Positions 35,668 through 44,989 of a stretch of DNA of 64,000 nt are shown here, one piece after another. Both the position numbers and the translations under genes were made by a program. The notes under the pieces were generated by a model. The model was not told where the DNA came from. It was given only the letters and a program-made list of their open reading frames with translations, and made no database searches. The DNA comes from Akkermansiaceae bacterium UBA1506 (lineage in GTDB: Bacteria; Verrucomicrobiota; Verrucomicrobiia; Verrucomicrobiales; DEV007). Where the stretch lies: positions 8,020-72,019 of the forward strand of contig DCQY01000126.1 in the NCBI GenBank assembly GCA_002323995.1, given 5' to 3'. Positions within the stretch are counted from its first letter, which is position 1, and every line of letters begins with the position of its first letter.

Positions 35668-36683
35668 GGCGGTTTGTCTTGAAACAAAATGGTGATGGAT
35701 GCGCTGAGATAGTGTCGGACGAATGCGATCTTCTGCCCCCGGCACTCGGTGAGGTAGAAGTCAGGATGGAAGCTTGTTCGTTGAATTACCGTGACTTGTT
35801 GATGAAGTCGGGTCTTTCAGCTTCGGGCGGTGAAGGGAACGTGGTCCCTCTCTCAGATGGGGCCGGAATTATCTCAGCACTGGGGGAAGGGGTGGAGCGG
35901 TTTAAGGTGGGAGATCGTGTCGCTCTTACATTTTTTCGTGACTGGGAAGATGGACCATTTGAGATGCGATATCACAAGGCTGCTCGCGGAGGTTCTTGCG
36001 ATGGTGTACTCTCCGAGTCAGTGTTGGCACCGGCACACAGTGTCGTGAAAGTGCCGGATCATTTGACGACTGTGGAGGCCGCTACTTTGCCATGCGCTGC
36101 TCTAACAGCTTGGCACGCGCTCATGGAAAGAAGCCGTCCAGTTGCGCCTGGAGATACTGTGCTTTGCCTTGGTACTGGCGGGGTTTCAATCTTTGCCCTG
36201 CAGATTGCGAAGGCGGCCGGAGCGAAAGTTTTTATCACGAGTAGTTCTGATAGAAAATTGGCCCGTGCCGAAGAGTTGGGCGCTGATGCAGGGATTAACT
36301 ATCTCAAGCATGTTGCTTGGGAGGAGCAGGTAAAGGATTTGACCGATGGGCGTGGAGTCGACCGGGTTATTGAAGTAGGTGGGCCCGGGACGATTGAGCG
36401 TTCGATTGGCGCAGTTGCTGTGGGAGGAGCGATTTCTCTTATCGGGGTTTTGACGGGGTTTGAATCTTCTCATCTTGGCCTGTTTCCTCTCGTGACCCAT
36501 AATGCCGATCTAAGTGGTATCTATGTGGGTAGCCGAGCTATGTTTGAGCGAATGAATGCCTTCTTGGCGCAACATAGGATTCGCCCGATAATCGACGAAG
36601 AGTTCGCCTTTCAGAATGCATTGAAGGCATACGGAGTAATGAAAGATGCCGGTCACTTTGGAAAGCTTGTTGTTACGATTTAG
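35664..36683 (+). CDS. MDR-family NAD(P)H quinone oxidoreductase / zinc-type alcohol dehydrogenase-like protein
   Basis: GroES-like N-terminus (VRMEACSLNYRDL). Rossmann motif LGTGGVSIFALQIAKAAGA. The start overlaps the polX stop (ATGA). Confidence 0.8.
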   Translation: MRRFVLKQNGDGCAEIVSDECDLLPPALGEVEVRMEACSLNYRDLLMKSGLSASGGEGNVVPLSDGAGIISALGEGVERFKVGDRVALTFFRDWEDGPFEMRYHKAARGGSCDGVLSESVLAPAHSVVKVPDHLTTVEAATLPCAALTAWHALMERSRPVAPGDTVLCLGTGGVSIFALQIAKAAGAKVFITSSSDRKLARAEELGADAGINYLKHVAWEEQVKDLTDGRGVDRVIEVGGPGTIERSIGAVAVGGAISLIGVLTGFESSHLGLFPLVTHNADLSGIYVGSRAMFERMNAFLAQHRIRPIIDEEFAFQNALKAYGVMKDAGHFGKLVVTI

Positions 36684-36845
36684 GGTGACGAAAGTAGCAG
36701 TCATCTCAAAGGTCGTCAGATGGCTCTTGATTCTTCTCAAAATGAAGAGAACCACCTTTGCTTCTTTCCGAAGCGATACAATCAGATCTTAATCACTCCG
36801 GCAGCGTCGCTGCGGAAGTTGACTAACCATAATTTATGGCCTTCC

Positions 36846-37730
36846 TCAATTTAGTTTAAGGCGGTTGCCTGTGATTTTGCCCGTCGAACCAAGAGGTAGC
36901 GGTTCATGATGTGAAATATGTCCGGCAGGCAGTCCTTTAAGCACGGGAAAATTCGCGTCGCAGAAGTGGCTTCTAAATACATCGTCCGTGGTGACCCCAT
37001 CCTGTCCCGGTTCCCCTTCAGTGAACGCGCCCAGAACGAGGCCTTGTAATTGATCAAACCATCCGGCCTGCTTTAGGGTTGTTAACATTCGGTCGATTCG
37101 ATAGGGCCGCTCTCCGACATCTTCGATAAAGAGAATTGAACCCTCTAATTCGGGAGCATAAGGAGTTCCGTTCAGTGCCGTCAGTACTGCTAAATTACCG
37201 CCGATCAGAGTTCCTTCGGCCTCTTGCGAGAAGCTGTTTAAAGATGCTAAATCCCATTGCAAAGTAGCCCCTGGGTCTTCGAGCGCATTGATCCACAGTT
37301 GTCGGATTGTGTCGCTGGCCTTACTCAAGGCTGCTACCATGGGCGCATGGATCGAGCGAACCTCCTGCGATGCCCATAGAGAGTGCAGCGCAGTGATGTC
37401 GGAAAAGCCGATAACCATTTTGTTCGATTGAGCGACTTGGGACAGGTCGATTCCAGGAAGCAGGCGCGTCGTTCCATAGCCTCCTCGAGCGCACAGAATC
37501 GCATCCACCTCAGGATCAGCGATAGCAGCATTTAATTCACCGAGACGGTGCTGATCGCTACCCGCAAAGTAGCCTTCCGTGGAGAAGATTTCGGGGGAAT
37601 GAGTGATTTCATAGCGTTCGCGCAGCCACGAAACACCCTCTTGGAACGCTTCGTGATCAAAAGGTCCGGCAGGGGCTACGATAGCAAGTCGGGATCCTTC
37701 AGTGACGGGGCGGGGCGACCTAGTTGTCAT
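36846..37730 (-). CDS. ldcA: LD-carboxypeptidase (peptidase S66)
   Basis: Motifs RLAIVAPAG, ILCARGGYG, the nucleophile motif GFSDITALH, and a C-terminal GHISHHEPLPLG. The ATG at 37730 is preferred; 37757 is TTG. Confidence 0.8.
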   Translation of the reverse strand: MTTRSPRPVTEGSRLAIVAPAGPFDHEAFQEGVSWLRERYEITHSPEIFSTEGYFAGSDQHRLGELNAAIADPEVDAILCARGGYGTTRLLPGIDLSQVAQSNKMVIGFSDITALHSLWASQEVRSIHAPMVAALSKASDTIRQLWINALEDPGATLQWDLASLNSFSQEAEGTLIGGNLAVLTALNGTPYAPELEGSILFIEDVGERPYRIDRMLTTLKQAGWFDQLQGLVLGAFTEGEPGQDGVTTDDVFRSHFCDANFPVLKGLPAGHISHHEPLPLGSTGKITGNRLKLN

Positions 37731-37813
37731 GGTAGCTTTGGAGCAACTCGTTTTCAAGAAAAGGGAACTAGGAAGCGATTGAGGAACAAATCAGAGCCTA
37801 ATGAGCTTCTGAA

Positions 37814-38398
37814 TTATTCCTCGACAGGTGCAACCATCCCGTAATCTCCGTCTTCACGACGGTAGATGATTGAAAGCTTATCTGTTTTCGCATCGTGGAA
37901 CAAAATGAAAGGTTTCTCGTTCATTTCCATATCCATAATGGCTTCATCGGAGAAGAGGTGCTTGATCTTGTAGTTCTCTTTGTGAACAATGACCGGTTCG
38001 TGTTCCTCCTCCGGTTCTTCCGGGATTTCGGGTGGGAAAATTGCCTCAGGAATTTGGCGTATTTCTTTGGTCCGCTTCCTTGGGCGGTGGGATTTCAGCA
38101 TCCTCGTTTTATGTTTGCGCATGCGGCGGGCAATTTTTGAAATCGTCTCATCAATTGATGCATACATGTCAGGTGTTGTGGAGTGTGCCTCAATCACAAT
38201 ATGGTTGGCGCAGAATAGAATGATCTCGGCGATATGCCTCTCCTGTTCTACATTGAGTAACACCTTGGCCTCAATGATCTTCGGATAATCGAGGTGCAAA
38301 CCCGCAACTTTCTTCTCAGCGTATTCTCGCATCGGCTCGGTAACGGATACGTGGCGACCTGTGACCGTGATAGGAAGGTTTATATTTTTGACTTGCAT
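37814..38398 (-). CDS. hpf: Ribosome hibernation promoting factor, long form
   Basis: N-terminal S30AE/RaiA domain (ITVTGRHVSVTEPMREYAEKKV). C-terminal dimerisation domain (IKHLFSDEAIMDMEMNEKPFILFHD..LSIIYRREDGDYG). Confidence 0.85.
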   Translation of the reverse strand: MQVKNINLPITVTGRHVSVTEPMREYAEKKVAGLHLDYPKIIEAKVLLNVEQERHIAEIILFCANHIVIEAHSTTPDMYASIDETISKIARRMRKHKTRMLKSHRPRKRTKEIRQIPEAIFPPEIPEEPEEEHEPVIVHKENYKIKHLFSDEAIMDMEMNEKPFILFHDAKTDKLSIIYRREDGDYGMVAPVEE

Positions 38399-38529
38399 GA
38401 TCTGCTGGATTCTTCGGTTTAGTTTTTATCGTTCAACTGCGACATCGGGCCTGAGTCTTTCGGTAAATAGGCAAGGTCTTTTCTCGGTGGTCCTTGCGAG
38501 ATAAGGATTAGAGTATTGAAAGATAATCG

Positions 38530-39654
38530 TTACATGGTGAAGCGCTCTCCTAAGTAGAGTTCGCGACTGACGGGATCGTTAATTAGGAAGTCACGGCTGC
38601 CTTCGCGCAGCACTTTGCCCTCATAAATCAGGTAGGCTCGATCTACTAACTCGAGGGTTTGTCTCGCATTATGATCGGTTATAAGAATTGCTAAACCAGC
38701 TTCTCTAAGCTCTTCAACTATAGATTGAATCTCGTTCACTGCTATCGGATCGACGCCAGAGAATGGCTCGTCTAGCATCAGCAGACTTGGTTTGGTTACG
38801 AGAGAACGAGCAATCGTAAGGCGGCGCTTTTCACCTCCCGAGCAAGTCAGCGCGATGTTGTTGCGGATATGGGTAATACTAAAGCGTTCTAGTAGTTCGT
38901 CGCAGCGCTCGACACGCTCTTTTTTGGAGAGGTCGAGTGTCTCCATCACAGCCATGATATTTTCCTCAACGGTAAGTTTTCGAAAAATTGACTCTTCTTG
39001 TGGCAGGTAGCCCATACCGAGGCGGGCACGCTGATACATTGGAAGTTTGGTCACGTCTTCGTCACCAAAGGTTACTGAACCGCCGTTGGGAGGAACTAAG
39101 CCAACGATCATGTAAAAACTAGTAGTCTTCCCTGCGCCGTTAGGGCCCAAGAGGCCAACGATTTCTCCAGGCCGCACTGTGATTTCAACTCCGTTAACCA
39201 CTTTGCGACCATCGTAAATTTTAACGAGACCGTCTGTTTTCAGGAGGAAGCTCTTACCGCCATTGGGACTGGATTGCTTTGTCTCTTCGAGACTCGCGCT
39301 ATCCTCGCCTTGATCGGAGGTGACGGTTTCGCTTTTACAGTTTTCCCTAGTGTCGGGTTGATTTTCCCCATCTTTTGTTCGGAAAGTTTCTTTCAGCGTC
39401 GCTACTTTGTCCGCCGTGGTTTTTATATTCTTCGTCTCCGGGGATGATTTTTTTTCAGGTTGAGAAACCTTTCTGAGTTTTTGTTTCATCGGCGTGACTT
39501 CAGATTTCGGAGATGCATCCGCCGGAATTGTATCAGAAAAACCGGGATCTTTCTGCTCAGCGCCAGACTCGCTTTGAGGAAGTGGTTCGGAGGACCCACG
39601 CTTCTCCTCTTTTTCAAGGTCTAAAAGCTCATCGCGCTCATCTGAGTAACTCAT
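38530..39654 (-). CDS. lptB: LPS export ABC transporter ATPase LptB with an N-terminal low-complexity extension of about 130 aa
   Basis: Walker A GPNGAGKTT, YLPQE, signature CSGGEKRRL, Walker B LMLDEPFSGVDP, and H-loop ITDHN. The ATG at 39654 lies 30 nt after the lptA-like stop. Confidence 0.85.
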   Translation of the reverse strand: MSYSDERDELLDLEKEEKRGSSEPLPQSESGAEQKDPGFSDTIPADASPKSEVTPMKQKLRKVSQPEKKSSPETKNIKTTADKVATLKETFRTKDGENQPDTRENCKSETVTSDQGEDSASLEETKQSSPNGGKSFLLKTDGLVKIYDGRKVVNGVEITVRPGEIVGLLGPNGAGKTTSFYMIVGLVPPNGGSVTFGDEDVTKLPMYQRARLGMGYLPQEESIFRKLTVEENIMAVMETLDLSKKERVERCDELLERFSITHIRNNIALTCSGGEKRRLTIARSLVTKPSLLMLDEPFSGVDPIAVNEIQSIVEELREAGLAILITDHNARQTLELVDRAYLIYEGKVLREGSRDFLINDPVSRELYLGERFTM

Positions 39655-39684
39655 GGAGTTGAGGGTAATAAACGAGATACGTGA

Positions 39685-40878
39685 TCACCGGAGACGATTA
39701 AGGCTGCCACCGACACCATTGCCAATCCCAATTGTCTTGGTGCCACCTTCATCTTCGACAGGAAAAGTGATTTTGTGACGCGAAGGAGCTCCTGCGTCGG
39801 ATCCGGTGATTTTATATTTGCCGTCCCCGGTCATAACGATTTGAGCATCCGGAGCGTCACAGCGAACATGCTTCTCACCATCTTGGATGTAGGGAGGTCC
39901 CCCTGATAGTATAAAATCTTTGGTGATTCCATTATACTCGGCCATTCGCGATATCGCGACTTGGGTTTTTCCTTCGGGGCTAATTCTGCGGATCCTGACA
40001 GTCCCTCCGGTCGCAACTGCGCGTTTGAACTTCGTGCTGTCGCCTTCCTGACTTTCTCCTTCGGCGAGTGTCACCAGAAGCTTGTCGCATTCGAGGGTAA
40101 ATTCAGGGTGCTCGATTACGACGTTTTGGGTAAACGTAAGAACCTTAGTGTTATTGTTCATTTCTGATTCGCCCGAGAAGATATTAACTTCATTCTTCGG
40201 ATTCGACTGAAAGCCACCCTGTGCATCGACCTGATAAATTGGTGCCAGTGGAGCTGGCTCGGGGAAGTCACCGGGATTCAAATAACGGGAATCAGGAATG
40301 GTTGGCACTGTTTTTGGCGCCGTAGCGATCGGCGTGACCTCACTGTTTTGCATGATTGGTTTCTCGGACGCGGTAGCTGCCGGCCTAGGAATCGCTGCAG
40401 CCTCACTGTTTGGAGGTATACTCGTGGGAGGAAGAGTTACGCTACCGACGGAGCGGGTAGCGGGGGCACCAACTCCGGTTGGGGCAATGGACGGGTCTCC
40501 CACAGGAGATGAATTGTCGGGTGATACACGACGAAACTCCTCGATGGCCGAGTTTGCTGCCGCTTCGATCGTCGATTGGTTTTTCTTAAGGTTTTGCGCG
40601 GCCTCCTCAATCTCTTCACGGTTCTCCTGAAAAACCCGAGTCGCTTCGCGGACAACATCGTCTGCCTTGTCTGGGTTGGTTTTGATGTTTTCGATTACTG
40701 CAGCAGCTGCCGCCTCCGGGGACTCCTGTGCCTGCTGCAACATATTCTTCAAACGAGGGTCATTGAGTAGGTTAGCGCCCTCTTTCATCAGTTTTTCGGT
40801 TGAGGAATCTTGCGACTGAAGCGGAAGCACCAAAATAGCGTGCAGCAATAGAGTTGGGCAGAGATGGTAGAGTTTCAT
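39685..40878 (-). CDS. lptA: LptA/OstA-like periplasmic protein with a long N-terminal helical and Pro-rich extension
   Basis: Signal peptide. The C-terminal beta-jellyroll pattern is typical of OstA_N (VLTFTQNVVIEHPEFTLECDKLLVTL ... AVATGGTVRIRR ... ISRMAEYNGITKDFILSG). It sits between lptC and lptB. Confidence 0.6.
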   Translation of the reverse strand: MKLYHLCPTLLLHAILVLPLQSQDSSTEKLMKEGANLLNDPRLKNMLQQAQESPEAAAAAVIENIKTNPDKADDVVREATRVFQENREEIEEAAQNLKKNQSTIEAAANSAIEEFRRVSPDNSSPVGDPSIAPTGVGAPATRSVGSVTLPPTSIPPNSEAAAIPRPAATASEKPIMQNSEVTPIATAPKTVPTIPDSRYLNPGDFPEPAPLAPIYQVDAQGGFQSNPKNEVNIFSGESEMNNNTKVLTFTQNVVIEHPEFTLECDKLLVTLAEGESQEGDSTKFKRAVATGGTVRIRRISPEGKTQVAISRMAEYNGITKDFILSGGPPYIQDGEKHVRCDAPDAQIVMTGDGKYKITGSDAGAPSRHKITFPVEDEGGTKTIGIGNGVGGSLNRLR

Positions 40879-40914
40879 GAGGTAAATCAGTTTGGCTGGA
40901 ATAGTCCGTAATGA

Positions 40915-41445
40915 TCACTTTGAAGATGGTAGCCCCATGCTGGGTCCAAATTGATTTGCATCAGGAATAATTACCCTGACATTTCCCTTAAGTTTGCTGA
41001 CTTGAGATTGTTGGTGGAAAATCATTTTGTCACCCGTCATCACAAACTTGGATTGTTCGATTCTCGATGGGGTCTTGCTGCGAAGTTCGCCGGTTTGCAT
41101 GTCGTAGGCAGCTTGTTCCATTGAGATAGTGGTCTCCGCCTTTTCTCTGCTGTCGTAAACCAGAACAATTAAATCTGTGAGATCGAGATAGCGTTCGTCG
41201 ATTCGGGTCACCGATGAAGCTCGCATCACCGATTTGAGATTTTCTCCCGTGTAAGAGGGAATCGTGACGCCTTTAAAAATACGTCCGACTGGAAACATTG
41301 CAGTTATCTCCGGCGGAAATGCTGCCTCTACCACCAGACTGGCGCCTTCAGGAGAAAGTTCGTCCTTCGATGCAACGTTGAGAGGCATCAGGCATAGACA
41401 AAGTGTGCCAAGTAATCTTCCAGTGTTCCGAAAAAAATGCCTCAT
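40915..41445 (-). CDS. lptC: LptC-like protein
   Basis: N-terminal anchor or signal. Size is about 176 aa. Beta-rich pattern (FVMTGDKMIFHQQSQVSKLKGNVRVII). The start overlaps the kdsA stop (ATGA), and the gene lies upstream of lptA/lptB. Confidence 0.6.
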   Translation of the reverse strand: MRHFFRNTGRLLGTLCLCLMPLNVASKDELSPEGASLVVEAAFPPEITAMFPVGRIFKGVTIPSYTGENLKSVMRASSVTRIDERYLDLTDLIVLVYDSREKAETTISMEQAAYDMQTGELRSKTPSRIEQSKFVMTGDKMIFHQQSQVSKLKGNVRVIIPDANQFGPSMGLPSSK

Positions 41446-42281
41446 GCCTCAGGAGTTTGCCTGACTAGATTGTAGAGTGCCTTTAGTTGAGAAAGCACCC
41501 CTCCGAGTTGTTTAAGGGGAACTTGATTAGGCCCGTCGCTAAGGGCCTCTTCCGGATTTGGGTGGGTTTCTAAGAAGATGCCATCGCATCCGGCGGCGAC
41601 TGCGGATCGCGCAAGAACGGGAGCCAAGTGGCCGTCGCCTCCGCTCGAGGTGCCCTTGCCGCCGGGTCTCTGCACTGAGTGGGTGGCATCGAAAACGACA
41701 CGGAGGCCGTCTTCCTGCATCCAGGGAATGGATCTCATATCAGCTACGAGGGTGTTATAACCAAAGCTGGTTCCTCGTTCAGTAAAAAAGTAATTCTCAG
41801 AACCAAACGCTTCCAGCTTTTCTGCTATATTTCTAACGTCCCACGGCGCGAGAAATTGGCCTTTTTTTACATTCACAACTCTCCCGGTCCGTGCAGAGGC
41901 CTCGATCAAGTCAGTCTGCCTGCAAAGAAACGCCGGAATTTGGAGAACATCGATATACTCGCCCGCGATGGCTGCTTCTCCAGCCGTATGGATGTCGGTC
42001 GTTACAGGTACGCCTAGTTCTTTGCCGACGCTGGAGAGAAGGCGACAACCTTCTTCGCAGCCAATCCCGCGGAAAGAAGAGACGGAACTGCGGTTGGCCT
42101 TGTCGTAGCTGGCTTTAAAGACAATGTCGACTCCCGCATCATCAGCGATTGCTTTAATTCGTGATGCAATCTCTCGGATGAAGGCCTCCGATTCAATAAC
42201 GCAGGGCCCCAAAATAAAGAGAGGGCGTTCGCCACCAAGCTGATAGTCCCCGATAGAGACGGTTCCAGGTTTTTCTCCCAT
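41442..42281 (-). CDS. kdsA: 3-deoxy-8-phosphooctulonate synthase
   Basis: Motifs GPCVIES, FKASYDKANRSS, VTTDIH, LQIPAFLCRQTDL, NVKKGQF, TERG, DATHSVQ and GIFLETHPNP. ATG at 42281. Confidence 0.9.
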   Translation of the reverse strand: MGEKPGTVSIGDYQLGGERPLFILGPCVIESEAFIREIASRIKAIADDAGVDIVFKASYDKANRSSVSSFRGIGCEEGCRLLSSVGKELGVPVTTDIHTAGEAAIAGEYIDVLQIPAFLCRQTDLIEASARTGRVVNVKKGQFLAPWDVRNIAEKLEAFGSENYFFTERGTSFGYNTLVADMRSIPWMQEDGLRVVFDATHSVQRPGGKGTSSGGDGHLAPVLARSAVAAGCDGIFLETHPNPEEALSDGPNQVPLKQLGGVLSQLKALYNLVRQTPEA

Positions 42282-42452
42282 AAGCAATTTGGCAACCTAG
42301 CGCGGAGATCGGCTAGAGGCAACCCGTTGAAAGATTTATCGTGATTATCAAAGGAATTAAATATTGAGCCATGAATTGACTGGACCTCTAAACCCGAGGG
42401 GATAAACTCAGTTTGTAAAGCGCCCATAGAAGTTGGGTGTGTGCCTCGTTGT

Positions 42453-44906
42453 ATGCAAGATTCACCTGAGAAGGTGCCCTCGATTAGCCAGTGCCCAGAA
42501 TGTCAGCACTCGCTTGATGTATCGGGGTTGCCTCCATATATGAAAATCGAATGTCCTCATTGTGGGGCTTCGATTCGAGTGCGCACTCGGATGGGTCAAT
42601 ACCAGATTACCAACATGCTGGGAGAGGGAGGGATGAGTCAGGTCTTTAAGGCTTTTGATGTGCACCTGGGAAGGGAGGTTGCCCTCAAGGTGCTGCACCA
42701 GTCATTGAGCCGTGATAGCGCATTGACTGCGATGTTCGAACGAGAGGCAAAACTGACCGCATCGATTCTCCACCCTAATGTCGTTAAGGTTTTCACCGTC
42801 GGTAATGAAGATGGCTATTTCTTCATTGCAATGGAGTTGGTTGAAGCAACTAGCTTAGACCAGGTGATTACTACATCAGGTGCTCTTTCCGAAAAAGATG
42901 TCCTCCATGTCGCTCACGATGTGGTGGCCGGATTGAAAGCGGCGCATCAGGAAGGTTTGATCCACCGTGACATCAAGCCTGGTAACATGCTATTAACAAG
43001 AGAGGGGACTTCGAAGTTAGTGGATTTTGGTCTCGCTGTTCAGCAGGGTGGCGATGATGAATCCGAGGATCTCTGGGCGACGCCCTACTATGTTCCTCCC
43101 GAAAAGCTCGATGGTGAGACTGACACTTACCTTGGCGATATTTACAGCCTTGGGGCGACGTTGTATCACGCTCTGACCGGCAAACCACCATTTGAGGCCA
43201 ACACATCCTCGTTGGAGGCGCTGAAGCAAATAAAGACCGCTGATCTTAATCTAAAGGTCGAAGCCCCTACTTCTTCAAAAGCAATTGTAAAGCTAATTGG
43301 GCGCATGATGGCTTACAGGCCAGAGGCTCGCCCTCAATCGTATGATTTGCTTCTAGCTGAGATCATTGATATCGAGAAGAAAGAGTTTGGCGTGGATCGT
43401 AATAAATCGAGATCCTCGAGAACAAATCAGAAAAATCCCTGGTTGATGGCAGGAGTCTTCTCAGCGTTCGTAGCAGTAGCCGCAATCCTTTGGCTTAACA
43501 GACCATCTTCGGAATCTGATGACATCATGTTCGGGGATGATGACGGGGGGATCATTAGTGCGGGAGCCGAATCAAATGCGACTCAGTTCCTCAAGGGAAG
43601 AGAGTTGCTTGTAAGAGGCAAATTTAAGGAGGCGTTAAATATCTTCAGCGAACTGAGTAGCACTTCATCGCTATCGCCATCCACCCAGATGTGGAGTCAT
43701 TTTTTCGCAGGAACGCTTCAGTTGCTTCTGGGCGAAGAACCCAATTCAAGGGCGTCTTTCAAGAATATCTCCTCGATTGATCCCGGTATGGAAGAGGGAG
43801 TAGGCGATGTTGTTGCTTTTTTGCAGAGGGCTTCTGATCTGCTCGTTTCGGATCTTCCTCTGATGGAAAGCGCGATCCCTTTTGAATCCGGCACCATAGA
43901 ATCCGTCGGTTTTCTTGCAGCGGGGGTCAAGAACTGGCAGCAGGGAGACTTTGAGTCCGGCATCGCATTATTGGATAAGTTTACTTCTAGCCAGTCCCCC
44001 GAAGATTTTATTTGGATAGAGGAACTGAAGTCCAGTGTTGAGGTGTATCGGCGAGATTATAAGCTTCTTGTTGAACTCCCTAACCCAACACGAAAAAACG
44101 GTGCGGATTCGTTACCGTTTGCTCGTAAATCTTTGACTGCCGCTCTTGAAAAAATCGAGACGAGTGGATCACTTCCGCGATTGATTAATTCTCGTTTAAC
44201 GCGAATCGACGAAATTGACGCGCTCATTGCAAGGGAGAAAGAGGCTGTGACTAATCAACCAGAGGTCGCAGTGATGGAACAAGCTGACCCCGAAATTCCT
44301 GCAACTGCTCCAGAGAGAGGCGCCGTTGATCCGTTCGCCAAGCAAAAAATGTCTGATGAAGAGTTGCTGGAAAGAGAGGGGCTAAGACAGCTTCTGTCTT
44401 CCTTACTAGAATCCCACGGCGCTAGTTATCAATTTTCGGAGGCAATTGACCAACTTCAGGCTGAGCCCCTGAACTCGTGGTCGGCCCAGGAGGTTAGGAA
44501 TGAGCTCGTGCTGAGCTTTGGGCGGGCCGAGGGGTTTCTCAGGATGCTCGTGGAGCAGTTGGCATTCTCTTCCTATGAGGGAGTAATTCGTCGAAAAGAA
44601 GGGGTTCCCTTGGAGGCAGTAATCACCTCGGCAGATACTTCTCTTTTTGTGGTCGATCTTGGTTTTGGGCCGAATGAGGTTCCGGTCTCTGAATTTACTC
44701 CTGATTGGCTAGTGGAAGTAGCCGAGGAGTTGCTGCCGCCCTTCACGCCGGCGACTCAGGAGGCGTGGGAGAATGTTCTATTTTTTGCGCTAGCAACGGG
44801 CCAAGATGGGACGGCGAGCCGCATTTCCGAACTCATTCGGGCGGGCTCTCCAGAGTTTGAAGAACGTTGGGGAAGGTTAAAGCCTTTCTTTGCTACGAGT
44901 CCTTAA
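42453..44906 (+). CDS. Zinc-ribbon Ser/Thr protein kinase with one TM helix and a large extracytoplasmic helical domain
   Basis: N-terminal CPECQH..17 aa..CPHCG zinc ribbon. Kinase motifs GEGGMSQVFKA, ALKV, HRDIKPGN, DFGLA and PPE. TM helix WLMAGVFSAFVAVAAILWL. About 470 aa C-terminal with no family recognised. ATG at 42453; GTG at 42441. Confidence 0.85.
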   Translation: MQDSPEKVPSISQCPECQHSLDVSGLPPYMKIECPHCGASIRVRTRMGQYQITNMLGEGGMSQVFKAFDVHLGREVALKVLHQSLSRDSALTAMFEREAKLTASILHPNVVKVFTVGNEDGYFFIAMELVEATSLDQVITTSGALSEKDVLHVAHDVVAGLKAAHQEGLIHRDIKPGNMLLTREGTSKLVDFGLAVQQGGDDESEDLWATPYYVPPEKLDGETDTYLGDIYSLGATLYHALTGKPPFEANTSSLEALKQIKTADLNLKVEAPTSSKAIVKLIGRMMAYRPEARPQSYDLLLAEIIDIEKKEFGVDRNKSRSSRTNQKNPWLMAGVFSAFVAVAAILWLNRPSSESDDIMFGDDDGGIISAGAESNATQFLKGRELLVRGKFKEALNIFSELSSTSSLSPSTQMWSHFFAGTLQLLLGEEPNSRASFKNISSIDPGMEEGVGDVVAFLQRASDLLVSDLPLMESAIPFESGTIESVGFLAAGVKNWQQGDFESGIALLDKFTSSQSPEDFIWIEELKSSVEVYRRDYKLLVELPNPTRKNGADSLPFARKSLTAALEKIETSGSLPRLINSRLTRIDEIDALIAREKEAVTNQPEVAVMEQADPEIPATAPERGAVDPFAKQKMSDEELLEREGLRQLLSSLLESHGASYQFSEAIDQLQAEPLNSWSAQEVRNELVLSFGRAEGFLRMLVEQLAFSSYEGVIRRKEGVPLEAVITSADTSLFVVDLGFGPNEVPVSEFTPDWLVEVAEELLPPFTPATQEAWENVLFFALATGQDGTASRISELIRAGSPEFEERWGRLKPFFATSP

Positions 44907-44989
44907 GTGTCTTACAAAAAGGGAGTGTGGTTGTAATCGCATAGGACAAAACCGACATTACAGTCGTATCCATAACAATTGACCTAGTT

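Noticed and set aside
36684-36845. Hairpins (CCGGCAGC-GTC-GCTGCGG and others) between the convergent qor-like and ldcA genes, considered as a bidirectional terminator
   Set aside because: The stem is short and bulged and has no flanking T or A tract on either strand, so it is not strong enough to annotate.
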